DNA of 64,000 bases from Utricularia gibba (Eukaryota > Plantae > Magnoliophyta). Of the stretch, positions 49,200-61,789 are shown in pieces (position 1 is the stretch's first letter; every line of letters begins with the position of its first letter). Location of the stretch: the NCBI GenBank assembly GCA_002189035.1, contig CM007992.1, positions 2,790,001 through 2,854,000 on the forward strand, in the 5' to 3' direction. Made by a program: the position numbers and the translations under genes. The notes under the pieces were generated by a model. The model searched no databases and was not told the DNA's origin. It saw nothing but the letters and a program-made list of their open reading frames with translations.

Positions 49200-49860
49200 A
49201 TCATTATGTGCTTATATTCACAAAAAAATGTTAAATAAAATGAAGTAAAATGAATAAAGTTGTATAGTTATACTTGTGCCCCCATTGAATAACATTGTAT
49301 ATTTCTTATATGAAATGTTATTGATATATTCTAAAACTATAATTGACTTTCTTTTTAATATAATCATTTCAATGTCGAAATTTTTTATGTTTCTAGCACA
49401 AGTTGCTCGCATTATCATCTCTAAAATGCCTTTAGATTTTGAGTGAATGTGGATTAGGTAATTTTTTCTTAAATACAAACCATCATTGAATTCTTTGAGG
49501 ATGAGTGAATCTTTGATAAAAAAAATAAGTACAATACTTCAATCACTTATTATGTAAATACTTTGTCTTTCACATTTCACGTGTCTAACTATCTAAAAAC
49601 CATGTCCAATGTTGTCATGTCTCACCCATTACTATTGCATATGCAATATGACATATACAATTGTTTGTATTAATCACAACAACTATTAACAACTTGTAAT
49701 TATATCTTTCATAAGAATGTATGTCATGAATACACAGAACTAGATAAAAATATTGAAAAATATTCATTAAAAATTCTAAAGCCCAAAATACTCTTTGTGG
49801 AACATTGTCACTATCATTATTTCATGATGAGTGAAATTTTACAAATGTTCATCGATTGTA
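49200..49860 (-). mobile_element. Highly decayed MULE transposase remnant, split by the solo LTR at 49871
   Basis: Minus-strand IHDIHSYERYNYKLLIVVVINTNNCICHIAYAIVMGET*QHWTWFLD resembles the MULE DDE block (DGTHL.GKY...LL....DANN....AYAIV..E....W.WFL). Confidence 0.65.
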
Positions 49861-49870
49861 CCAATGCATC

Positions 49871-51200
49871 TATTAAGTGTCATTTTCTTATTATTTTTTA
49901 AGTTGTTTTATGTTTAAATGTGATTAGAAGTGTCTAATTAGGAGTCTATAATGTGAGATTTGAGTTTTCATCTAGTTTAGGGTAATTATCCTAAATCTTG
50001 TATTTTATCTATTAATTTTACTAATTTTAATTGAGTTTTTCTAGAGGCGCACACGTGGCAGGAAATGAGAGAAAGAGGGCATCAGATGGCGACAAATTGG
50101 ATCTTCCCGAGCTGACATTCCCTTGATTTCCGGAAGACTGCAGACGCTTAATCATGAGCCTTAACGTGCAGAACACGAGAGTCTCTGACAGGCGACATCA
50201 TTAGCGTACCAGTCATCCCAAGTTTAGCAGAATCACAAGGACACGAAATCTCAGACCCTCATTGAAGTGGGAGTTATGTTCAGACGAAAAAGCAGTAGTT
50301 AGTTTAGTTTTTCCTTTTTTTTGTTTTTCTCTCTCTAGAGGATTTTTCCTCTAACTTCTCTCTAGAACTTTTTTTTCCTTTCCTTTAGTTTGTATGGCCG
50401 TTCACGGCTAGAAGCTTCCGTTTCTGGGTTGGAACACCCCCAGATCTATGTATCGTTAGCTTATCTTCACATTTTCTCTGAATCTGAACGGGTTTCGTAT
50501 GTCTTCGCGCGACTATGTTGCAGTCTTTCTGTAACAGTCCCATTGTTCAAGGTTCATAGTTAGCTGATCACTATCCGCGGATTTTGGAGAGGAGCAAGGT
50601 GGAAAGCACCAACTCGAGCCCTTTTGGCAGGAGGAAGACAACGTTTTGTCTGTGGCCGTACCTCAGGATCAATGGACTGGTAGTGACCTCATATCTGGAC
50701 TCATTGGGTCATTGGCAACACTCGGACACACGTGCACAATTTGGCCGTGAGGGTATGTTGGCAGAACCTCTTATTCTACGTTCGTCCAAGGAGGAGCAAC
50801 ATCGGGCTATTCCCATGTCTTCTTGCAAGAGAGTGTAAGGGAGGGTAGACAATTCCTTACTCCTATAACCGAGTACTCGAGAGGATCAGAGAAGAGTGAA
50901 GATGCAACGAACATAGTTGGACAGGATTCCAAGCCCAGAAACACTTACTTTATTTAAGGTTCATCGCTTACGTTTATTTCAGTTGTCTGTTCAAAACCCC
51001 CTTATTCCCTTACTCAAGCTTCATCACCAACATTTCTCACACTTTTTACCTTCAAAACCGTTTACAAATCATGACAGTTGTATCCGGGGTGCCTCACCTT
51101 TCACTCAAAAAAAACTCCCTGTGTTCGACACCCGTACTACGCTTTTGTGTTTTACGAGTTTTAAAAGTATTAAAATTTGTTGCGGAAACGACACGCATCA
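49871..51200 (+). mobile_element. Solo LTR (1330 bp) with perfect 5-bp TSD GCATC
   Basis: gcatc|TATTAAGTGTCATTTTC...GAAACGACACGCATCA|gcatc (5' TG read as TA); same family as 25226-26382. Confidence 0.88.
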
Positions 51201-52763
51201 GCATCTTATGGAGATATTGAGTAATTCAATTATAGAACTTTTCAAATACCATCTTTCATCATATATGCTTTCATTAGAAATACTCAAATATACCAATAAG
51301 ATATCTAATAATGGCTTAGATATCTTCAATTGTTAATTTACATAAAGTTAATGGAACCAAATAAGGAACTATATATTTCAAAAATAAGTTTGCATGTTTT
51401 GTAGACAATTCTGATATAAATGTCATTGGTATGTACTTCTTTAAGTTTCATGATTTTTCAAATGTTTTTGTGCATGTAAATAGAAAGAAAAATTTGTTTT
51501 TCCCATGTTTTGTGCACATTGTATTTGATATTATTCGTTATCATTCTTAATTACTCTGAACTATCAGTGTACTAATGAAATGTGATACTTTGTGATTACA
51601 TCCATCAAGTTTTATCTATTAAGAAAATACATATTTTGCCTAAGTTGTATTATTTATTTATTGTAAAAATGTATCTTATTTATTGTTTACAAAGTGTCTG
51701 CATAACTAAACTTATTTTCACTTTTTGAAAGAATTGATTGACTTATGAAATTTATAATGGTCGTTTAAATTGTTTCCCAAAAAACTTTATTATCAATTAT
51801 ATTTTTTGAATTTGGAACGGATTTGTCATCATATTCACTTGAAAAATTGTCAAAATTAACATTTGAACTTTCTGGAATTACATGTTCATTTTGAATATGC
51901 AATATCACATTAATATAATAATTATATCTAAACTTTCTATTCTTTATTTTATTATATGATATATTAATGCTTCATTTTCAATATATGCCGACATCATGCA
52001 CGAAATAGTATACAATGTATTTTTAAATAATTTATATAAATTGAATATATTTTTTCATATATTAATTTTTTTTTCTTATAGTTGCTCTTTATTCCACCGA
52101 AAGGAAATGTATGGCACTAATTGATGCTAGAAAATAGGTCTTGTGGTTGGAAAAATTTTTAACATACTTGAACCTTGGTGGGTTTACTGTAAAGGTGATA
52201 TGTGATAATCAAAGCATCATTGGTCTATGCAAACATTCTGTTTACCACTCTAAGATGAAGTACATTGAAACATGATATCATTGATTAAAAGATTTGGTCA
52301 TTCAAAAAAAAAAATAGATCTCCAAAAATGGGTATTGAAGATAATTTAGCAAATATGACAACAAAAGTCCTTACTTCTTCCAGACATCTGAAGTTCATAA
52401 AAGAAGAATGGTTAATGTTTAAACATTAGCAGCAGCCCCCTCTTCCAGCCTGAGGGGGTGATTGTAGAAGGAGTATGCGAAATGTGGACAGATTACTTCA
52501 GTTAGGTGGAAGTGATTTGGCCAGTGATGATGGTGTTCATTTGTTGGGCTGTAGGATGGTTGAGCCACGATTGGTGTTAGTTGTGATTATGGGATGATGG
52601 CATAAATGGAGCAACGTGATGGGTGCTCTATGCGGAGGAGTGCAAAGTGTATTTGGATAGAGAGAAGGTGATAGATAGGAGAAAACAACATGCTTCTTTT
52701 GGGGTAAATACAGAAGTGTGATCGTTGATGAACTAGGGGAATTTGATTATTCCTGAGGCGGGT

Positions 52764-55700
52764 TGTAAGAACAATATGGAACGAGGTAAAAGAGCTTTGA
52801 GACTTTGTAAAGATGTTGTGAAAAATATTCAAGATGGTTTAATCGTTATTTGTTGTTTGTATAGTAGTAGGTATTTATAGCAACATAAGATATCCGTTGG
52901 AGATTTAGAAGTATCTGTTAGCTTGCCTTTATCTTATGGATACCAATGATGATAACTCCTTGAGCTAGCTTAATGTGTCGATTGGGCTTGAGCTGCTTGG
53001 GTCGGCATCTTGTATTGAACTCTTTGTGGATATAGATCTTAGATAGAAGTTGGTTAGTAACATACCCATGACAATTAACCCCAAATCTGTCCATTGGGGT
53101 TTTTCGTTCGTTTTGTATGACTGTCGATGTTGGGTTTCTTTAGATACTTCTGTATTCTCCTTTGTTTCTCCAATCATTGCATTACCATCCAACATTTTTC
53201 CTTGAGGTAATGTTTGGAGATGGTAGGTACTCTAACTTGATAGAACCTCCTTTGTTGTAGTCATGTAGTATATGTATTTAACTTTAATATGCTTTGTTTG
53301 ATCAAACAACACTAGATTTTGTGCTATGCTTGTAGTAGATTTGTTGTCTATCTTGAGGATTAGCGGTTTACTTATGTTAATGCGTAAATCTTCACAGATT
53401 TTCAATAATCATTGTGTATGATTTGCTGTTACTGTTGCTGCCATATACTCAGCTTCCGCTGATGATTGCGCTATGGTAGATTGTTTTTTGTTGTTCTAGG
53501 TGAAGGTAGCCGAATCCAAATTGAACAAATAGCCTGTGATGGAGTAGTAGCTATTTTCATTACCTGCGAAATCAGAATCTACAAAACCTTGCAAGGTAGG
53601 TTTAGTACCGCATTTGAAATATAAACCCAAATTGGTTGTGGAATTTAGGTATTTAAGTATTCATTTGACAATATCCCAATGTGCACTGTGTGGTTTGTGC
53701 ATGAATCTAGGTAGGAAGGAAACCACAAAAGTAATGTCCGGTCTGGTTGTCGTGAGGTAGAGGAAAGCATCAATGAGACATTGATATTTTTCGGAACATA
53801 GTTCTTCATCTATCATATTTTTTAGTTTGAGTTTGATATCCGGAGAGTAGGGTACTAACACTTCTTTTGCATTAAGACATCTATATTTTGTGATTAAATC
53901 AATTGTATGTTTTTTCTGATGTATGAAAATATATTCCTCGTCTTGCATGATCTCTAAACCTAGAAAGTATCTCATTAAATTGAGATCAATCAGATCGAAT
54001 TTCTCCTTCAGCAGGTTGTTTTGTTGGTCAATTAGGTCAAGGTTATCTCTAGTCGTAAGAATATCATCTACGTAGACTGACATAATCATTTTGCCTTGAG
54101 GATTTTCTAGGATGTAAAGAGTAGTATCATTTTTGCTTCTAGAGATCTTTGAGCAACAAAGAAGGTGTCTAACATTGAGTACCATTCTTTAGGGGCTTGT
54201 TTGAGGACATAGAGTGTTTTCTTTAGTTTTAGAACTTTGTTGCTTCCATCTTTGATTTGACATCTTGATAAGGGATTGACAGAGCTATTATCATGTAGGT
54301 CTCCATTCAAGAAGGCGCACTTGTTGTCTAGATAGTGGAGCTTCCATTTTTTAGTAGCTACAAGTGCGATTATTAGTTTGATAGTGTCTAGGCGGGATAC
54401 ATGGACAAATGTTTTAAAATAGTCAACACATTCCCTTTGAAGGTATCCTTTGGCTACTAATCTTGATTTCCGTTCCATTAGGATTCATCTTTACTTTGCG
54501 TATCCATTTCAAGTCCAAGACTTTCACATTTTCTGGTCTTTCAACAAATTCCCTGTTGGGTTTCTCGTAGACATCGTATGTCTCAAAAGCAGCGGAATTT
54601 TAAAAATTTTGAGGAAACCCAAACGCAGATCTTGGAATACGGTATACATCAGACGAAGGGAATTTTAAAAATTTTGACTCCGTAGTTCACCAACTGCCAA
54701 TAGCAGACGGCCTCTATGGTATCCACACGCGGAGCACTTCGTCGATAACTTTCTCAAAGCTCTTGAATGCTGGTCGAATTTCTCAGGTGCTAGTAGAGAA
54801 AAACGCCTCCTTATGAATCAATCTCAGAGAGCACGAAGACCTTGGAGCCGATCTCAAGATCTAAATCTTTTTTATATATATTTTGTGACATATCAAATTA
54901 TATCTCCATAAAGATCTTATCTTGTGAAGACATGTATATATTCCAAATCATATCTATATGATATCTTTTATTTTAAGTTTAATCAATATTAATCTCAAAA
55001 TAGCTCTCTATTTAATTTATCCACTTTACCAATTACATCTCATGTAATTATGTCATTCTATTTTATATCGATGAGTGACTCCACTATTGTGTGTGTCCCT
55101 ATAGGCTTCTTCCATTTAGGCCGTAATAATGGATTTATTAATTAACTCTTAATTAATCAAATCCATCATTATCAATCATGAGTGATGTTTAGCAGCATAT
55201 CATGATCCCCAAGATTAAAGAATAATCAGGTGAACTGATTGAGCCTTTCTATGACCAACCACCATGCAATGAACAACTTTCATCATACTTATATCTCATT
55301 CGATACCAAAACATGGGTGTGTGTCTTTCTGATATATTGAACTTATAATTGCATTCAAGCACTAACACTCAATGACCTATTCAAACAATTCGAGTGTCAT
55401 TACCTTGGGCCAAGTACTTAATGTTAGGCTTTGATACAATTACTTGAGATATGATCTCATCGCTAACATGAGTGATGAATCCTTTATTGATCAATCAACT
55501 ATCTCCAACCTTAAGGAGTCACATCCCTACTCATCCATACTAGACAAGCCATGGTTAGACTCCCATTAGTAATGAGCGAAAATGTGAGCTTAAGATCAGG
55601 ATAAATTTGTTGACCTCAAGTCTAAGCTTAGTTGCACGGCTGTTATATTTGAGATTTTGCTACTGACACTTGGTTAGCTTCCCATAGTAGCATCTTGAAG

Positions 55701-58700
55701 ATGATTCATCTAGTGAATCGATTCTCTAATCGACATCTACACATAGGTTCTAGTAATCTCATTACATCAATTGTGAGAATCATTGTCTAAACTGTTTAGG
55801 GAACTCAATGTGTGCCAGCTTATCCATATTTGTGATATCCTCATTTCACAAATACTCTAACCAGGGAGTTTTAGCTTGATCATTAGTGCTTGAAGAATCT
55901 CACATTATGATCTCATCATAATTTCTATAGCACATAGATCAAGTAGAGTATTTTATCAATGATATAAATTTGATCACAATTCAAAATAAATATCAAAAGA
56001 TAAGATTTTCCAATGAGTTGATTGTCTCTAGAACACATACACTAACATTCCCAGACTTCATGATCTTGTATTGAATTCAGTTTGTCAACCATTGATTTCA
56101 GCCACTATGGCTCTTGTAGGGCTTCAGTAAGTGTTGCTGCTTGTGGAGTAAGATTGTATCGAGAGAGAATCTCATCCATGATTGTGTATTTTTGTGTCAA
56201 TGGAACATTAGAATCACTATGATAGTCCATAATATCACCTACAGAGAAGGTATGAAAGTGTGGTATGTACTTTTCGTCAGATTCATGATTATTTATTATT
56301 TTTGATTTGTAGAAGTCAATAACTTTGCATGTATATCGGGGAACAAACTTAGATAGAAGACTTGTGCTCAAGCATTCACTTGTCCCCACATCAGCATAAG
56401 AAGAAAGTAAAAGATTATCATCACTCAGGTTGTTTAGATTTATTTCAACCTCATCAGAGTTTAATGAGTTTGGTATTTTCCTCTAGATGTCTGATATTTG
56501 ACAATTGTCTGAAAATTCTGTTGAAAGTGTCTCTGAAGCATTCTGAGTCACGGAGGTATTAGGATATATATGTAATATGTTTTGTTGTTTTGAGTCAGAA
56601 GATTTGTTTCCTCTTGGAATATTGGTGCATTCATTTAAGTCACACTCATCATTGTTTGCAGGTTGGTGTACACATAGAGATACATCATTAGTTACCTCCA
56701 TGAGAGAGGTAATTGAAGAGACTCAATGGAAGGGAGATGAAAGTGCATCATATAAGTCATCTTCTGAAAATAATACATGTATTCAAATTGTTAGTTTCAT
56801 TACTATTTGACTCTATATATTCTGTTGACTTCCAATCTCATTCTTTTGATTCATCGAAGGTAACGTCTCTACTAAATTGCACCTTGTCAATTTTCATTTT
56901 TAAAACTCGATATGCCTTGTATTATTATATCCTAGGAATATTCCCACATTGCATGTAACGTCAAGTTTGCTCCTTTTCTCCTTTGGTATATGAATGTAGC
57001 ATAAAGAACCGAAGATCATGAAATGTTCCAGATTAAGAATTTTATTATACCATAGTTCATAGGGAGACTTTGAGTTCAGGCTACCTTTACAGGGTAGACG
57101 ATTGAGGAGATAGACACCAATGGTTACTGCTTCTCCCCAAAAACATAACGACATGTTTTTCTCCTGTATCAGACATCTTGCCATATGAAATATGATTATG
57201 TTTTTCTTCTTGCAAACACATTTTTTTTAAGTGTATAGAGCATTGTAAATTGATGAACTATTCCATGAGTTTTGTAGAGATGTTTCAAGTTAGTAGTAGT
57301 GTATTCGCCTCTATTATCTGATCTCAATGTGAGTATCTTGCAGTTGCTTTGTGTTTCTACAATGGATTTGAACACAGTGAAATAATGCAACACTTTGGAT
57401 TTCCTCATCAACAAGTATATCCATGTGAATTTCGTAAGCTTATCCACGAAAATAACATAGTATTTATTTCCAGCTTTTGTAGCTACATTCATTGAGCCAC
57501 AAACATCATTGATGACCACTTGAAGTTTATTTTCAGCATGTTTGTTAGATATCGGGAATGGTTTGCGAGTCATTTTGCATTGTTGGCAAGTGCTGCAAAT
57601 TTCCTTCGGGTGCAGTAGCTGAGGTATTCCTTTAGCTATGTTTTTCCTCTTGAGCGAGAGTATGGAGTTATAGTAGTGATAGCCTAGCCTTTTGTGCCAC
57701 AATTGTGACATTTCAAAAGTAGAATAGACAACATCTGAGATTTGAATTGAAGAGAAGAAATTCAGTGGAAAAATTCAATTCACCATAGGTAATGTAAGTA
57801 TGATGTTAGCGTCCGAGTCTTTGATGAGACATGAATTGTTTTCCAAATATATTTCGATTCTTTTTTCCATCAATTGAACACAGCTAATAAGATTGTGAGA
57901 TAGCTCTAGAATATAGTAGACATCGTTGATTTTGATGAGTCTTTGAGGAGTTTCAATACAAATAGTTCACTATCCCATGACTAGTATATGCTTTTCATTT
58001 GCGATTTCAATATATCTATCTAAAGAGAGGCTAAATGTTGAAAAAAAATACTGCGATCCTTTGTTAAATGATGTGAGCATCCATTGTCCAATAGCCATGT
58101 GCTTTATTTCCTAAGATTAAAGATACGTCATTTAATTTGTTGGCTAATTTACTGACTGGTTGCATAGAATTTACTCCTAGACCATGAAATTTCTTCAAGG
58201 GACATACACGTTCAACATATCCTTTGAGGCTGCAATATGAATAGGCAGCTTCATGATGCCAAAAACAATTATTCAAATGATGATTTTTCTTATTACAGTA
58301 GGGGCAACTAGCTTGAGTATTCACGTTGTCTGTCTTGGACAATTGGAAAATAGAGTTCTTGAGTAGAGAGGTGGCATTAGGGACGATAGATTGCCTTGCT
58401 GGTCCTAGATATATTGTCACCTTAAAAGTTGAGTCTTGATTATATGATTGTCCAGATTCATCTTCTGATTAACTTAAACTTTCAAGGAGTTTCTTATAGG
58501 AGATGGAGTGAATCTCAGTTACACACAATGCAGTGACAATAGAGGCGAAGGAACGGAGCAAGGATGTCAATATGTTAGACTTGATTCGGCAATCCTTCAT
58601 TGGTTCTGCAAGTGTTTTCAACTCGGTAACCACTTTAGTAATTATGTCAGAAAATTGAGCAATACACATAATTGGAGTGGATTTTAGATGGTCGAATATC

Positions 58701-59550
58701 TCCCATTGTCATTGGATTTGATTCTTTTTTGCTTCCACATCCTCACCATAAAGTTCCTTGAGCTTGTCCCATACCTCCTTAGGATCTTTGATTTTCATTA
58801 CACGGTTGAAGACATCTACAGATAGGGACTGATCTAGCATGTATTTGACCCTTTTTTGTGCTCATCCTTTTGCTTGATTTCCTCTTCTGTAGGGTTATCA
58901 TTTGGAGATGTTACTGACCACAACACGCACATTTCCAAATAGCTCTCCATTTGCGTGGCCCAAGCTTTGTAGTGGTGTCTATTGAAGAGAGGTGGGGCTT
59001 GCAGTATAGAAGACATGATTTCCAAAAGAATTGAGGTTGATTTCTTAGAAGATTGAATGTCAAGATCATTCATGTCGGGTTCATCATGTAAGAACAATGT
59101 GGAGTGAGGTAAAAGAGCTTTGAGATTTTGTAAAAATACTATGGAAAAATATTGTGTAGCCACAATAAGCTAGCTCAAAAGATACCAATGATGATAAATC
59201 CAATGTGGTTTGTACAGTTGTAGGTATTTATGGTAACATAAGATAGTTTTTGGATTTTTAAAAATGTTCATTAGCTTGTATTTATCTTACAGATTGTAAT
59301 GAGGGTAATTCCTTGAGCTGGCTTAATGTGTCCATTGGGATTGGGCTGCTTGGGTCGATGCCTTGTATTAAACTCTTTGTAGAGGTGAGTCTCAATAGGG
59401 AGTTAGTTTGTAGTAGACCGATGACAATAAACCCCAAATTTGTTCTTAGAGATTTTCCATTCGTTCTGCATGATTGCTGAGCTTGGGTTTCCTAAAATAC
59501 TTCTATATTCTCCTTTTTTGTTTTTCCAATCATCAGATCACCAATCAACA
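52764..59550 (-). mobile_element. Ty1/copia retrotransposon (possibly Ivana-like), full length, degenerate; LTRs 59550-59087 and 53194-52764
   Basis: Paired diverged LTRs TGTTG...TTCTTACA. gag APPLFNRHHYKAWATQMESYL, zinc knuckle CPYCNKKNHHLNNC, integrase LWHKRLG..CSTCQQCK..DVCG, RT RLVAKGY..FVHVSRLDTIK..YVDDIL, RNase H remnants. PBS TGATGAACCCGACATGAA at 59086-59069. Confidence 0.9.
54554..56047 (-). mobile_element. Angela-like copia solo LTR (1494 bp) inserted in the RT of the host element
   Basis: On the minus strand TGTTAGTGTATGTG...AAACCCAACA; perfect TSD TTCCC at 54549-54553 and 56048-56052. Confidence 0.9.
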
Positions 59551-60099
59551 GGTGTGGGTGTATGTGATGTTGTCTTTAAGAGAGCTTGCGTGCTCTTGTA
59601 TTTGCTTTACCCATAGTGAATTGCTGTTTGCTTGGGGTTGAACCCGACCTCATGATGTTTCCCTGTTTACCAGGTTTTACCTGGTAAAAAAATTTGTGTC
59701 TTGCGTTCATTTTGCATATCAACATTACATTGTTCTAGGTTCATACCAGCAGCTGACACGCCAGTTTGTGGTGTTATCTTTCTATAGACAGTGGGTCGGA
59801 ACCAAACCTTTTTAGAGAGTTTGGAAAGGCGTTGTGCGATGGGTGAGAAGAGCTATTTATACCGTAAGAGCAAGTAGAGAACCCAGGAACATGGGAACAC
59901 CGCGGCTAAGACTGTAATCCGATACTTGTGGGGCTTTAGAAGCATTCAGATGTTGGGGTCGCACACAGACCACGGCCACAGAATAGAAATTAGAAAAGAA
60001 TCCTTTCCCCCATTCAAAAAATAATATATCTCCACTATAGATAGCCCGAGCGGCCGGAGACTGGGAGTAGACTGTACAACTCGATGCTTAAGGAGGGAG

Positions 60100-61428
60100 A
60101 TGGATATTATCTCTCAATTGCAAGAACAGCTTAATACAATCGCCTCGCTTGCATTCAATACCTTCGGCACGCTCCAGAGGGACGCGTTGCCGGTGCAGTT
60201 GTCGCCGAATTATCCGGAGCCCCCGCCGCCCAATTCTAACATTGGAGAAGATGCTGCCACTCTCGCCGACCAGCCAAAGCTTCTGAGTACCGAATTGGTC
60301 AAGGCAGCAAAACGGGTGCTTTCTTTGTTTTTCAAATACTTATTTTTTCATGTTTTGATTTTGGGGCATACTTTACGTGATGGGAGGGAGTTTTAGAAAT
60401 TGGGTTTGGGATTTACTCGCTTAGCAGACCAGGAAGGTGAACTGATGATGAAAACTATCCTGAATTGCGAGAAATTTTAATATTCGGCTCTCTAATTTCC
60501 CATGTTCTCTCCAGCATTGTTTATGTGATACCAGCAAGGTTGCAAAAGTTGTTTCTTTTGTTATCATCTTCCTTAGATGTGGATCTAATGCTGCAGCAGC
60601 TGCCTTTAAATCCTGATTGTGTCCTCTCATATGAATTATGAGGATGCCTAGTCCAGTTAGGTTTAGTTGCGATTCACAGTGTTAAAGTTCATTCTCCAAG
60701 ATGGGTTCTTTACGAGATCCTATCAGATCTCTTTCTATACCATTAGTTTGAGGATCAAATTCCCTCTTCTCCTCTGAGCCTACGAAAGACTAGTGTATTT
60801 TGAACTTTTCCTAAGTCCCCCGCCTTTATTTGTAAGCAGTTCACTTTCTTGCTGCAGCATTCACATTTCTATGGTTTATCATCACAGAAAGGTGGAGAAT
60901 TCTTGAAAAAATGGTTTCTTGCCTCGGAGCCGTTCTAAAATTACAATAATGTGCTCTAAAAACAGGCCTGATTTGTTTCCTTGATTGTGTATTGTCCTTA
61001 TAAGTTCTTCCCATAGAATTTGAACAGATATTTCTGTTGCAGTTTGATTTGTTAGTAGCTGCACTTCCAGTATCAGAGGGAGGTGAAGAAGAACAGCTGA
61101 ATAGAATACGACAACTCGAAGTATGACATCATATCCTCCTGTTGTTCATTTGCAGAGTTAGCTCACAGACGAAGCTCACACTACCCTTTTTCACAGGCTG
61201 AAAATGATGCCGTTGGACAGGAATTACAAAAGCAGCTCGATGCAGCAGGTACTGACTACTCATGAGCTTGTTTGCAGTTGCTATCAGTTATCTTGTGGGA
61301 CTGCAACTTAAGCATTACAAAAATGGTGATCATAAGCTTTTCATGTCGCAGAGGAGGAGCTGAAACAGGTCCAGGAGTTGTTCAAACAAGCAACAGAGAG
61401 CTGCTTTAACTTGAAGAAGCCTGACTGA
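60100..61428 (+). CDS. MED21: Mediator of RNA polymerase II transcription subunit 21, 4 exons
   Basis: Exons 60100-60315 MDIISQLQEQLNTIASLAFNTFGTLQRDA..LVKAAKR, 61043-61120 FDLLVAALPVSEGGEEEQLNRIRQLE, 61197-61248 AENDAVGQELQKQLDAA and 61352-61428 EELKQVQELF..LKKPD*. Confidence 0.95.
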
Positions 61429-61789
61429 TTGCACAACGCTGCTGCATGTTGCTCTCCATTAACAGATCGCGTTAATGCCGATTTAGAAAGATTGTCAGTT
61501 CGACGTCATTTTTCCATTTGAGAATATCGGACCGGGTCAGTTCGCGGTTTGATAAGGGCCTAAAGCCGGATCGGTTTGTGTTAACCGGCTCGCCATTTGA
61601 TTCATCTCCTATTCCTAAACCGCCAGTGCTCTACGAATGTCCAGTGCGCGTGCCTCCTCTAACTCTTCGACGTTTAACTCAGAGTGGGAGCTTACGCTCA
61701 CTTTCCCTTTTTCCGGCTTCTATCGGCCTGCCTCCACCGCGGATTACTCACTTCTCCACGAGCGCCGTTGGAATCTTGTACGAAAATCG

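Larger units (their letters stand above)
52100..59724 (+). mobile_element. Ty1/copia (Tork/Tnt1-like) 3' remnant: RNase H, PPT and a 3' LTR split by the inserted element (52463-52763 plus 59551-~59724)
   Basis: VICDNQSIIGLCKHSVYHSKMKYIE...DNLANMTTKVL. PPT gagggggtgat is followed by TGTAGAAGG. U5-like sequence resumes at 59551 and ends ...CATATCAACA (this continuation is inferred). Confidence 0.65.

Noticed and set aside
59181-59189. TGGTATC as a tRNA-Met PBS marking the LTR end
   Set aside because: LTR-LTR similarity continues ~100 bp past it to a shared ...TTCTTACA terminus, where a better PBS follows.
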